Positions 1 to 9,427 of a stretch of DNA of 39,257 nucleotides are shown here, one piece after another (position 1 is the stretch's first letter; the number at the start of each line of letters is the position of its first letter). A model generated the notes under the pieces. It did not search any database. It was given only the letters and a program-made list of their open reading frames with translations, and had not been told where the DNA came from. The stretch lies in the sequence record SRR22947727_4400. The stretch is one strand, 5' to 3'. Position numbers and translations under genes: made by a program.

Positions 1-1
1 T

Positions 2-223
2 CCCGTCCTCGGCACGCCCAATGCATCACCAGCGAGCTACCTTGCGATTATGCATAGCGGCATCTCACTCGCCCCTCTTGTGGGCCAACTGGTCGCCCAG
101 GAACTACTCACGCAGACACCCTCCCCCACCTCGAGCACTACAGGCCCGACCGTCAGTTCTCATCGGTCGAACGCTACTAACCCGGCTTTCACGCACGATT
201 GCTTCAACTTCATTGCACCCTAA
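2..223 (+). CDS. 3' end of an FAD-dependent oxidoreductase (DAO/glycine oxidase-like), partial, with an apparent frameshift near nt 123-127
   Basis: Frame 2 from nt 2 reads PVLGTPNASPASYLAIMHSGISLAPLVGQLVAQELL, a typical DAO-family C-terminal signature. The family-like tail HLEHYRPDRQF...* is in frame 1 (127-180); frame 2 itself stops at 221-223. Not in the supplied ORF track. Confidence 0.7.
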   Translation, partial: PVLGTPNASPASYLAIMHSGISLAPLVGQLVAQELLTQTPSPTSSTTGPTVSSHRSNATNPAFTHDCFNFIAP

Positions 224-429
224 CGATCACGAGTCGTGCAGCGAGTTGGTGACTGGCAAACAGTCGGAGATGTCGCCGCCGCACCGGTACGCATCCTTTG
301 ACGATTGTCCATCGCCTTTGTTTACTCGGTAACGATGAGATCTGTCGCGCTACTGACTTGACCCGACCCCATTAATCCACGTAGCGTCACGCACTCAGCT
401 TAATGACCTACCTTATCTAGGAGACCACT

Positions 430-1674
430 GTGCCAAATGCCTACATTGTTGATGCCTGCCGAACACCTCGCGGAATTGGGAAAGTCGGAAAAGGCGCCCT
501 CGCACACCTGCATCCCTCTTTTCTTGGCTCTACGGTGTTAAAAGCGCTGGCGGAGCGCAACGCGCTAGACACCGGCGAGGTGGATGACGTGATCTGGGGT
601 ACCTCATCGCAAAGTGGAAAACAGTCAGGTGACCTGGGGCGAATGGCCGCCTTGAACGCCGGTTATGATATGCGTTCCTCAGGTGTCACATTGGATCGGT
701 TTTGCGGCTCAGGCATTACCACCGTGAGCTTAGCAGCGGCTCAGGTCATGTCAGGAATGGAAGATCTCGTCATTGCGGGCGGCACTGAAATGATGAGTTA
801 CTTTCCCTCCATCGGAGAACCCGGCGTGCCGCCTATGCTGGACTCCGGTAATTTAGATTTGCGCGCTATGCACCCACAATCACAACAAGGCGTCTGTGCC
901 GATGCCATTGCAACACTGGAGGGCATTGACCGTGAAGCCGTCGATCAGCTGGCACTCACGAGTCAACAACGCGCCGCGCAAGCGATCGCAGAGGGGCGGT
1001 TTGACCGATCATTGATCACCGTCCACAACCCCGATGGCTCAGTCGCACTCGATCACGAGGAATTCCCTCGCGCAGAAACCACCCTCGAGAGCTTGGCGGG
1101 GTTAAAAACCGTTTTCGACATCGTACGAGATGTCCCGGTCGATGAGGCCGGCACCACTTACGGGCAACTCATCCAACAAAAATATCCCGATTTAGACACC
1201 TTTAACCATATCCATCATGCGGGCAATTCTTCGGGAGTGGTCGACGGTGCTGCGGCACTGTTGCTGGCGTCTGAGCAGTATGTTGAGCGTCGTGGATTAA
1301 CGCCCCGCGCACGCATCGTCGCGACCGCAAATCAGGGCGATTGCCCGACGCTAATGCTCAACGCACCGGTACCCGCAGCGCGCAAAGTACTGGCTAAGGC
1401 CGGACTAACCGTCAGTGATATCGACCTGTGGGAAATCAACGAAGCCTTTGCGGTGGTAGCCGAGAAATTTATCCGCGACCTCGAATTAGATCGCAGTAAG
1501 GTCAACGTGAATGGTGGCGCAATGGCCTTGGGACATCCTATTGGGGCAACGGGGTCGATCTTAATCGGCACCCTTCTCGACGAACTCGAGCGACAGCAAA
1601 AGCGTTATGGGCTTGTGACTATGTGTGCGGCCGGCGGTATGGCGCCGGCGATTATCATTGAGCGCATTGCCTAG
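430..1674 (+). CDS. Acetyl-CoA C-acyltransferase (thiolase)
   Basis: RTPRG N-terminus, catalytic RFCGSG, NEAF, GHPIGATG and CAAGG motifs; AGGAG SD before a GTG start. Confidence 0.95.
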   Translation: MPNAYIVDACRTPRGIGKVGKGALAHLHPSFLGSTVLKALAERNALDTGEVDDVIWGTSSQSGKQSGDLGRMAALNAGYDMRSSGVTLDRFCGSGITTVSLAAAQVMSGMEDLVIAGGTEMMSYFPSIGEPGVPPMLDSGNLDLRAMHPQSQQGVCADAIATLEGIDREAVDQLALTSQQRAAQAIAEGRFDRSLITVHNPDGSVALDHEEFPRAETTLESLAGLKTVFDIVRDVPVDEAGTTYGQLIQQKYPDLDTFNHIHHAGNSSGVVDGAAALLLASEQYVERRGLTPRARIVATANQGDCPTLMLNAPVPAARKVLAKAGLTVSDIDLWEINEAFAVVAEKFIRDLELDRSKVNVNGGAMALGHPIGATGSILIGTLLDELERQQKRYGLVTMCAAGGMAPAIIIERIA

Positions 1675-1760
1675 CGACGAGTGTATTAGGTATTGCGTCG
1701 CATCTCAGTCGCAAGTGAGCCTAAAGCGGCTCAGAATTTGCTAGGGTCCATGGCCCCTCA

Positions 1761-3173
1761 ATGATGTCACCCGCTATGCCCCCTGCCTTGTTTTCAACGC
1801 TATCGCTCTCCCCCGCACAACTCGAGGCATTAGCCGGCCTGGGTTATTCGGTAATGACGCCCGTCCAAGCACAAAGCTTGCCGGCGATCCTGCAACGCAA
1901 AGACGTCATCATTCAAGCTAAAACCGGGAGCGGCAAAACTGCCGCCTTTGGTATCGGGCTGCTGCACCATTTGAACCCGCGCTTTTTTGGTGTGCAAGCG
2001 ATGGTCATGTGCCCGACCAGAGAACTGGCTGAGCAAGTTGGTGAAGTCATTCGCCAACTGGCAAGTCGCATGCGCAATATTAAGGTGGTCATGCTGTGCG
2101 GCGGCAAACCTTTTGGCCCCCAGCGTGACTCGCTGGAGCACGGTGCACATATCGTCGTAGGCACACCCGGCCGTATTCAAGATCACCTACAGCGGCAGAC
2201 ACTGGATTTGACCCGCGTCACGACGTTTGTGCTCGACGAGGCGGACCGAATGCTTGACATGGGCTTTGCTGAAGTAATGGCCACGATTACCGCGGCACTC
2301 CCAAAGGCGCGACAAACACTGCTGCTCTCAGCAACCTTTCCAGATGATATTAAAAAAATGAGTCGCGCTATCCAGCGTCAACCAATAGAGGTCAAAGTGG
2401 ATACGGTCCTCACACACGATGAGGCGGTATTAGAGCAACTCTTTTTCGAGATTCAAAAACACGAACGCAATACTGCGTTACTGGCACTGTTTGAACACTA
2501 TCAGCCTGGTAACGCGATGGTCTTTTGCAATACCAAAAAGCAATGTGACGAGGTTGCAAGCTTTCTTCAAGAGCATGATATCGAAGCTGCTGCGATCCAC
2601 GGCGACCTTGATCAGCGAGATCGAGATCAGGTGCTACTGCAGTTCACCAATAATACCTGTCCTGTATTAGTGGCCAGCGATGTTGCCGCGCGTGGCCTCG
2701 ACATACCCGCCCTTGCGATGGTCGTTAACTTTGAGCTGCCCCGCGATGGTGATACCTATGTTCATCGCATTGGGCGCACAGGGCGTGCCGGCGAGACGGG
2801 ACAAGCGTTTAGCCTAGTTACACCCGCGGAGGCGCCGCGCATGCGCGTGATCGAAGATCATCTTCACATCAACTGTTTGTGTGACGTGATGGCATCATTG
2901 AATCGCAATCCCAATTACCAACTACAAGGCGACATGGCGACACTTCAACTTGACGCGGGGCGCAAACAAAAATTACGACCGGGCGATATATTGGGGGCGC
3001 TCACAGGAGACGCGGGCCTAGCGGGGGATCAGATCGGAAAAATTAAAATACTCGATAACAGTAGCTATGTTGCGATCGCCAGATCGGCGCTTCGGCAAGC
3101 CATGAATTATCTCGCTCAGGGCAAGATTAAAGGTCGCTCGATTCGAGTGCGTCGCCTGAGGCTACGCCAATAA
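1761..3173 (+). CDS. dbpA: ATP-dependent DEAD-box RNA helicase DbpA
   Basis: Q motif (GYSVMTPVQ), AKTGSGKT, PTRELA, DEAD, SAT, HRIGRTGRAG, and the C-terminal DbpA RNA-binding domain (GRKQKLRPGDILGAL). Confidence 0.93.
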   Translation: MMSPAMPPALFSTLSLSPAQLEALAGLGYSVMTPVQAQSLPAILQRKDVIIQAKTGSGKTAAFGIGLLHHLNPRFFGVQAMVMCPTRELAEQVGEVIRQLASRMRNIKVVMLCGGKPFGPQRDSLEHGAHIVVGTPGRIQDHLQRQTLDLTRVTTFVLDEADRMLDMGFAEVMATITAALPKARQTLLLSATFPDDIKKMSRAIQRQPIEVKVDTVLTHDEAVLEQLFFEIQKHERNTALLALFEHYQPGNAMVFCNTKKQCDEVASFLQEHDIEAAAIHGDLDQRDRDQVLLQFTNNTCPVLVASDVAARGLDIPALAMVVNFELPRDGDTYVHRIGRTGRAGETGQAFSLVTPAEAPRMRVIEDHLHINCLCDVMASLNRNPNYQLQGDMATLQLDAGRKQKLRPGDILGALTGDAGLAGDQIGKIKILDNSSYVAIARSALRQAMNYLAQGKIKGRSIRVRRLRLRQ

Positions 3174-3990
3174 CTGGCACGTCTCGCTCAGAGGCGAGCT
3201 GGAAAAGGCGCCAAGAGAACCCCATTGTGATCAAAAAACCGGGCAGCTCCCGCAACGCTTCACGCTGTTCACGATGGCCTCGAAAAGCAAATGGTGTAGC
3301 TGCCACCAAGGCCTGCAGCTCGGCGCTAGTAAGTTGTTTTTCATAATGGCACTCACCCTCGCGCAACAGCGCGCCATCAGGGATAGTCCGCCTCAGTAAA
3401 GGATGCTCGCGTGGATGCTCGTAAAGCGCCGCCTTTAACTCCCATAGATGTCGAGCCGCAGGCCCGACTTCCAAGTAATACCCGTTCGGGCGCACCGCCC
3501 GAGCGACCTCAGCATCACTCACAGGTGAGAAGATACAGATCGCTAGATCAATACTCGAAGCCATCACAGGAAGATGACGCGAACTCGCTACCGCATACTG
3601 GTGCTTGTCGTGATCTTTGGACGCTAATCTCACTGCGCCCTTGGCAATATCTATCCCATAGACTGACAAGCTCGGCATTGCCGTAGACAGCATCCCGCCG
3701 TAGTAGCCTTCACCGCAACCAATATCGAGCAGCGTGTCTAGGGAGGTGCAAGTAGCGACTGCTTCAATCAGCTGTTCAGCAAGTGGACGGTATAAATGCG
3801 CCTTATGTATTGCGCGGCGACCTCGCACCATCTCGGGATTGTCGCCTGGATTTTTGCTGCGCTTGTGTTGTACGGGAAGCAGATTGACGTAGCCTTCTTT
3901 CGCACGATCAAACCGATGGGCGCTGGTGCAAGCCAAGCCCGACTCGACTTCCTCTAGCGACTGCGCGCAATGGGGACACATCCAAACCAT
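3127..3990 (-). CDS. rlmA: 23S rRNA m1G745/m1G748 methyltransferase (RlmA family)
   Basis: N-terminal Zn finger CPHC...CTSAH, FDRAKEGYVNLL, SAM-binding LDIGCGEGYY. Confidence 0.85.
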   Translation of the reverse strand: MVWMCPHCAQSLEEVESGLACTSAHRFDRAKEGYVNLLPVQHKRSKNPGDNPEMVRGRRAIHKAHLYRPLAEQLIEAVATCTSLDTLLDIGCGEGYYGGMLSTAMPSLSVYGIDIAKGAVRLASKDHDKHQYAVASSRHLPVMASSIDLAICIFSPVSDAEVARAVRPNGYYLEVGPAARHLWELKAALYEHPREHPLLRRTIPDGALLREGECHYEKQLTSAELQALVAATPFAFRGHREQREALRELPGFLITMGFSWRLFQLASERDVPVIGVASGDALESSDL

Positions 3991-4046
3991 GATCGTGCTC
4001 TCACCTCATCTTATCGCCACTCCCGTCATGGCGTACCATAGCAAAG

Positions 4047-4655
4047 GTGGTCGAGCGCCGGGCTACAGAAGACGCAATGCCGCCACCCATTGAAGACAAA
4101 GAGGCAGGTACCATTAAGAGTCCGATCATTACGACACAGCACTGGATCCAGTCATTTGTTATCGATCTTAATCTGTGTCCTTTTGCACATCGTGCCGTAG
4201 CAAGCGGCGGTATTCGCTACACGGTCTGTGACAGCGAATCACTACAAGACATCTTGCACACGCTTCATGAGGAAATGGACTGGCTCGACAGTGACCCAGA
4301 GACAGAGACCAGCCTTCTCATCCTGACATCTGGCATGGGTGACTTTAGCGATTTTAGCGACTGTGTAGCGATGGCTCAGGAGCTACTCAATATGATGAAC
4401 TGGGTGGGCATATACCAACTCGTGGGTTTTCATCCCAATCACCAGTTTGCCGCGACAGAACCAGATGACGCGGAAAACTATACCAATCGATCGCCTTACC
4501 CCATGGTGCATATACTGCGCGAATCCAGCGTAACGCGTGCTGTGGCAGGCATCGAGGATGTCACGCTTATCACGGAGCGCAACACCGAGACATTAAATCA
4601 ACTCGGTGTCGAGGCGCTCATGAAGCGCTGGCGCGACTGCAGCATCGAGACCTGA
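4047..4655 (+). CDS. DUF1415 family protein (start may be ATG 4077)
   Basis: Motifs LNLCPFA, QLVGFHP, NYTNRSPYP. Confidence 0.85.
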   Translation: MVERRATEDAMPPPIEDKEAGTIKSPIITTQHWIQSFVIDLNLCPFAHRAVASGGIRYTVCDSESLQDILHTLHEEMDWLDSDPETETSLLILTSGMGDFSDFSDCVAMAQELLNMMNWVGIYQLVGFHPNHQFAATEPDDAENYTNRSPYPMVHILRESSVTRAVAGIEDVTLITERNTETLNQLGVEALMKRWRDCSIET

Positions 4656-4837
4656 CAGGAAAACGTCGCTCCAAGGCGGGGTGATGCAACTTTAGATACT
4701 GGGGTAAAGCATCGTGTCGAGCTGTGGGTAACAAGCGCGTCTATGAAGGGGCAAGACATTATATGAGTCGAGCCATAGCGACTATGACACCCGTTAGTGA
4801 AAATGGACGGTTATCGATTTGAAGAACAGCAGATGAC

Positions 4838-5230
4838 TCAGAGTAACTCAGTCACCATGAGAACGTAACCGGCTGCGCCCACCACCCACACAAGGCTTCG
4901 CACAATTTTAATTCCTGCGATATAGATGGGTACGTATGCGACGCGGGCCCAAAAGGCGATCTGAGCGCCCAATAAGACTTCCGCATCCAAACCTGCAGCG
5001 TGCGCGACGAGTGCCAATGGCACAAAAAATACGGCTGCTTCAATGGCATTTTTAGCCGCCCTATCCGCTCGACCGCCCAGGGCAGTCGCCTCCTTCAAAT
5101 TATCGCGATTACCGAGTCCAATAGTGCGACCCTCAGCGGTCCACTCTCGGTTACGAATAGCCGCGCCAGCGACTATGGTGACGAAGGTCAGCACAGTAAA
5201 ATATACGGTTATTTCTAATAATGGTGTCAT
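4838..5230 (-). CDS. MAPEG family membrane protein
   Basis: About 4 hydrophobic helices; RADRAAKNAIE, RVAY..IY..G and RSLVW motifs. Confidence 0.85.
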   Translation of the reverse strand: MTPLLEITVYFTVLTFVTIVAGAAIRNREWTAEGRTIGLGNRDNLKEATALGGRADRAAKNAIEAAVFFVPLALVAHAAGLDAEVLLGAQIAFWARVAYVPIYIAGIKIVRSLVWVVGAAGYVLMVTELL

Positions 5231-5487
5231 GCAGGGCTCCGGCGCTAGGCACGCTTTGGCAGGTCAACGGATACCACTATAACCCTTGAGCGCGTCGATT
5301 TCATGGCATCCCTATAGCTCGCCATCAAGAACCTGGTACGCCTAGCATTGATGCAAAGTAGCGACTATGGTTACCTTGGCGATGTCTATAACTGGGCCGC
5401 CCTAAAAGACAATGTGCTAAGCACGCCTAACCGCACTTTGCTAAGCGACAAACCGTTATGCCCATCATCGATAGAGGACTATCAACC

Positions 5488-7140
5488 ATGCAGTGCAACA
5501 CCCTCAGCGAGCAAGCCCGGCACTGGGCAAAGGCACAACCTGAGACGATCTGGATGCGCGATCTGTGTGCAGGTGGCTCCACCGATTACACCTGGGGTGC
5601 CGCCGTCGCAGAAATTGATCGTGTGGCAGCTTGGCTTGAGGACAAGTTCGCGCATGGCCAACACATGGCGTTGCTTTGTCGAAATCGGGCGCATTGGATC
5701 ATGGCTGACATGGGCATCATCCACTCTGGTAACGTCACGGTGCCCCTGTTTACCACTCACGCGCAAGCGACTGCCGAGTACATCCTTGACTTCACTGACA
5801 CGCAAGTACTTTTCCTCGGCGAGACCGAGAACTGGCAGGCGGTTAAGGCAGTCCTCCCGACGGGGTGCCTGATCATCGCCCTACCGGGTGTGAATTGCGA
5901 TCTGCCCCATACAAAGTGGGAACAGCTTGTTGACGAAGCACCTCAAGACAGGCCGACTTATGAGCCTCAGGCGGACGATACGGTCTCTCTTGTTTTCACC
6001 TCTGGCACCACGGGCTTGCCCAAAGGCGTCATTCAAACCCACGCCACCAACCTCATTCCCATGCGCCGCTGCCAGTACTTGTTCACGCAACGGGCGCAAC
6101 CACGCTGGTTTAGCTACCTGCCTCTGTCGCACATCGCCGAACGTCAGATCGTTGAATTCTCATCGATCAATACTGGCGGGGAAATCTGGTTCAACGAGTC
6201 GCTGGCAACGTTAGCCACCGACCTCCCCCGGTGCCGGCCGCATATCTTTTTTGGGCCGCCCCGTGTGTGGGAGCAACTCAAGCAATCGGTTACCGCAAAA
6301 TTCGGCGGCGCCGAGGCCCTCGATGCTGCCATTGCAAACGATCAAGCCGGCGTGCAAGCGTCGGTGACTAGCGCATTGGGTCTGGATGAGGTCGAGTACT
6401 GCCTGACCGCTGCCGCACCAACTCCACCCGCTCTGATCAACTGGTGGGACGCTGTCGGCGTTAAGTTGTGTGAGGGCTTTGGTCAAACCGAGGCCATGGG
6501 ACTCATCATTACTGATCCGGAGAACCGCAGAATCGGTTCGATTGGTCAACCAGCCGGCGAAGTTGAAGTGAAGATTGGCGAAAACGACGAGCTTCTGATC
6601 AAAGCAGCAGGCTGCACGCCGGGATACTACAACCGCCCTGACAAAACGTCCGAGCTATGGCAAGACGGGTGGCTGCACACCGGTGACAAAGTCCGGATCG
6701 ACGATGACGGCTTCATCTTTATTACCGGACGGGTCAAGGATTACTTCAAAACGATTCAGGGAAAATTCGTCGCGCCCCCACCGATCGAGGGGCTCTTTGC
6801 GAACAACCCCCACTCCGAGCAGCAATGCCTGCTGGGGCGAGGCTACTCAAAAACCGTCATGGTAACGGTACTCAACGAACCGTCACGACTACTGCCAAGG
6901 GAAGAAGTCGAAGCTGCCGCACTCGCAACGGTCGAATCCATTAACGCCGACATTGAAAAGCATGCCCGGATCGGCGCCATCATTTTCAGTCAAACGCCCT
7001 GGACTATTGAAAATGAGATCCTCACGCCAACGATGAAAATACGTCGAGAACAAATCGAAAATACGTTTGGCGAGGACGCTGAGCGCTTAGCGCGCGACGG
7101 GGCCGAAAAAGGGTCGATACAACTACATTGGTTCGACTGA
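5488..7140 (+). CDS. Long-chain fatty acid--CoA ligase (AMP-binding enzyme)
   Basis: FTSGTTGLPKG, YLPLSHIAE, GFGQTE, WLHTGD and TPTMK motifs; GAGGA SD supports ATG 5488. Confidence 0.9.
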   Translation: MQCNTLSEQARHWAKAQPETIWMRDLCAGGSTDYTWGAAVAEIDRVAAWLEDKFAHGQHMALLCRNRAHWIMADMGIIHSGNVTVPLFTTHAQATAEYILDFTDTQVLFLGETENWQAVKAVLPTGCLIIALPGVNCDLPHTKWEQLVDEAPQDRPTYEPQADDTVSLVFTSGTTGLPKGVIQTHATNLIPMRRCQYLFTQRAQPRWFSYLPLSHIAERQIVEFSSINTGGEIWFNESLATLATDLPRCRPHIFFGPPRVWEQLKQSVTAKFGGAEALDAAIANDQAGVQASVTSALGLDEVEYCLTAAAPTPPALINWWDAVGVKLCEGFGQTEAMGLIITDPENRRIGSIGQPAGEVEVKIGENDELLIKAAGCTPGYYNRPDKTSELWQDGWLHTGDKVRIDDDGFIFITGRVKDYFKTIQGKFVAPPPIEGLFANNPHSEQQCLLGRGYSKTVMVTVLNEPSRLLPREEVEAAALATVESINADIEKHARIGAIIFSQTPWTIENEILTPTMKIRREQIENTFGEDAERLARDGAEKGSIQLHWFD

Positions 7141-7202
7141 TGCACCACAATGTCCGATGCCCAGAGCCGGCGTGTTGCCTGACTGACCAAATGGGTCAGA
7201 CG

Positions 7203-7565
7203 CTACGGCGTCGGCATATCTGACTCATATTCTTCAACCACGTAGCTGCGCGTTTTGTCTCGCTCAAAAAGACGCTCTTCATCAGCGGTGATTTCTATTT
7301 GCGCCGATTCAGAGGCGATTAGAGCCATAGCCTTGTCCATTCGAGCTTGATCGGGGAACCAGATCTCCATCAGCACATCAAAAGGCAACGTTAGGGGCGC
7401 GTGGTTAGCCGAATCGGCGACGTTAAGATAGCGGCGCTGATACTTAGTCGCATAGCCACTCAGGTATTTCTCACCAATCTTTCTATGGTGGGTTTCATAA
7501 TGCTCAATAAACGCGTCTCTCGTTAAATCCGCCTTGCGGGTCAGTAATGTGATTAGCTTAATCAT
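7203..7565 (-). CDS. EthD-domain protein
   Basis: MIKLITLLTRKADLTRDAFIEHYETHH...FDVLMEIWF...DEERLF pattern; AGGAGAG SD on the minus strand. Confidence 0.8.
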   Translation of the reverse strand: MIKLITLLTRKADLTRDAFIEHYETHHRKIGEKYLSGYATKYQRRYLNVADSANHAPLTLPFDVLMEIWFPDQARMDKAMALIASESAQIEITADEERLFERDKTRSYVVEEYESDMPTP

Positions 7566-7643
7566 AAGGATACAACTCTCCTCCCTGTCTGCGCGAAATC
7601 ACTCAACCGAAGCGTCTCAGCCGTCCCACCGATTGCTGGTTAC

Positions 7644-9332
7644 TCATAGAATAGATGTCGACAAAGTGACATCTGAAAATTGCCAAACGGTATCGAAACG
7701 CAGGCGCACAGTCTCAGCCGCAGCGGTATCACCTTGCGCGCTCAATGCCGCGGTCAGTCCATATAGCGACCAACCATTCATAGGGTATTGCTCAAGGTCC
7801 GCTTCGAAAACCAGCTGAGCTTCGGCAGCGCGTCCGTCTGCTAACAATGCCGCACCAAGCGATTGTCGTGTGGGGTAATACCAAAAGGGAGGTTCCGTAT
7901 ACGGTAGCGCATCCTGCAATGCTACTGCTTCTGCAAACGACGTTACCGCCGCCGCCGCGGAACCGGCCCGAAACGCAATCTCGCCGCGCAACAACAATTT
8001 GGCGATTGCGAGCAGATCTTTTGCGGGATACACATTGCCCATAAAAATCTCATCGACCTGGGGCTCAAGCTGCTCAATCGCAGACAATTCGTTGAGGGCA
8101 GATTGTTCATCTTCCATTGCAGCATAGGCGACGCCGCGTCCGTAGTGCCAAATAGCCCTGGCGAAGGCAAAGGGGGCGTGAGGTTCGTGCTCAACTAAGA
8201 TTGCCTCCCAACGGGCAAATCGAACCAGTGACAGCATGGGCACAGTGCGAAAAAACTGAATCGTCGGAAACTGCTCTACCTGCTCGATGCGCACATTGTC
8301 GACTACCCGGCGCGCGCTCTTTAGCGACAGCTCACTCTGGCCTTGCATGGTCGCGGAAGCCCACAAAAAGTGAATGTTGTGTGGGTAATACAAGGCCGGA
8401 TAAAAGCCTTGCGCATTGCACTCGGCAATATACGCCTCATCAATATCCGCCGCTCTGATATTGGCAAGTGCCGCATCTTGGTAACGGCCAACCCTGAAAT
8501 AAATATGGCTGGGCATGTGGACCAAATGCCCCGACCCCGGCACGAGATTAGCAAGCGCATCAGCGGCAACCTCAGCCTTGTGTGCACTCGAGGAGGCCTC
8601 CAACGCGTGAATATATAAATGGAGAGCTAATGGGTGCTCCGGGTCTTCTGCCATCACGCGCTCAAGACTGCTTATCACCGCCTGTGTGTCTGGCTTTGCC
8701 TCACCAGTCGGGCCCCAATAGTCCCATGGCATCGTATTCATTAGCGCCTCAGCATAAATGGAGGCCACCGTCATGTCGTCGGGATAGGCATCAACCATGA
8801 GTGCCAGCGCGTTAGCCCAGGCATGATCGAGTGGATCGCGGGGCGTCTCACTTTGCCCGTCGTAACGCTTATCTAAGGCCAGAATCCAGCTTCGTTCTTT
8901 TGGCGACACCCCGTCGATTAACGCCAGAGCACGATCGATCGCCGAACGCGCGCTAACCCGATCCGCTGGCGTCATCACCGCCTTACCGTTATTGGTAACA
9001 TTAATATTGGGGCCCGTGGCTAACGCCTCGCCCCAAAAGCACATAGCGCAATCTGGATCTAATGTTTGTGCGGCGCGAAAGCTGCGAATCGACTCTGCGT
9101 GGTTAAATCCAAAAGCCAGCACCATGCCTTGATCAAAGTAACGCTGAGCGTCGGCATCGCGTGTCGTAATGGGCATGTGGAAGCTACCCATTCCTGTGAA
9201 CAATGGCGCGCCCGCCCGTTGCGCTAACGCCTCCTTACCCTCAGCCGGCTTTTCTACTGCGAGAGGATCGCCGCAGCCGCAGAGCAGCACAAGTAGCCAT
9301 CCCCAAGTCATCGCAGCGCCGTTGCGTCTCAT
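7644..9332 (-). CDS. TPR-like alpha-helical lipoprotein with conserved His motifs, function unknown
   Basis: Lipobox-like LLCG|C; motifs FNHAESIRSF, HLYIH, HLVHMPSH, PHNIHF; TPR-like helical repeats. Confidence 0.75.
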   Translation of the reverse strand: MRRNGAAMTWGWLLVLLCGCGDPLAVEKPAEGKEALAQRAGAPLFTGMGSFHMPITTRDADAQRYFDQGMVLAFGFNHAESIRSFRAAQTLDPDCAMCFWGEALATGPNINVTNNGKAVMTPADRVSARSAIDRALALIDGVSPKERSWILALDKRYDGQSETPRDPLDHAWANALALMVDAYPDDMTVASIYAEALMNTMPWDYWGPTGEAKPDTQAVISSLERVMAEDPEHPLALHLYIHALEASSSAHKAEVAADALANLVPGSGHLVHMPSHIYFRVGRYQDAALANIRAADIDEAYIAECNAQGFYPALYYPHNIHFLWASATMQGQSELSLKSARRVVDNVRIEQVEQFPTIQFFRTVPMLSLVRFARWEAILVEHEPHAPFAFARAIWHYGRGVAYAAMEDEQSALNELSAIEQLEPQVDEIFMGNVYPAKDLLAIAKLLLRGEIAFRAGSAAAAVTSFAEAVALQDALPYTEPPFWYYPTRQSLGAALLADGRAAEAQLVFEADLEQYPMNGWSLYGLTAALSAQGDTAAAETVRLRFDTVWQFSDVTLSTSIL

Positions 9333-9427
9333 TGCTTATCACCTGCGATGTGAATCATGTTTACGTCCTGAATTAACAGCACACTGATTACCTCCCCTGT
9401 CTCTGACGTCTCAAAGAAAAAACGCGG

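Noticed and set aside
21-332. 103-aa ORF from the track
   Set aside because: No recognisable motif; it overlaps the DAO-like coding frame and is probably a shadow ORF.
4777-5371. AGCGACTATG occurring three times (4777, 5168, 5360)
   Set aside because: One copy is inside a CDS, spacing is irregular and there is no dyad symmetry; most likely chance.
5488-7140. DmdB (MMPA-CoA ligase) of the DMSP demethylation pathway
   Set aside because: Motifs (YLPLSHIAE, TPTMK) fit the long-chain acyl-CoA synthetase group, and no dmdA, dmdC or dmdD is nearby.
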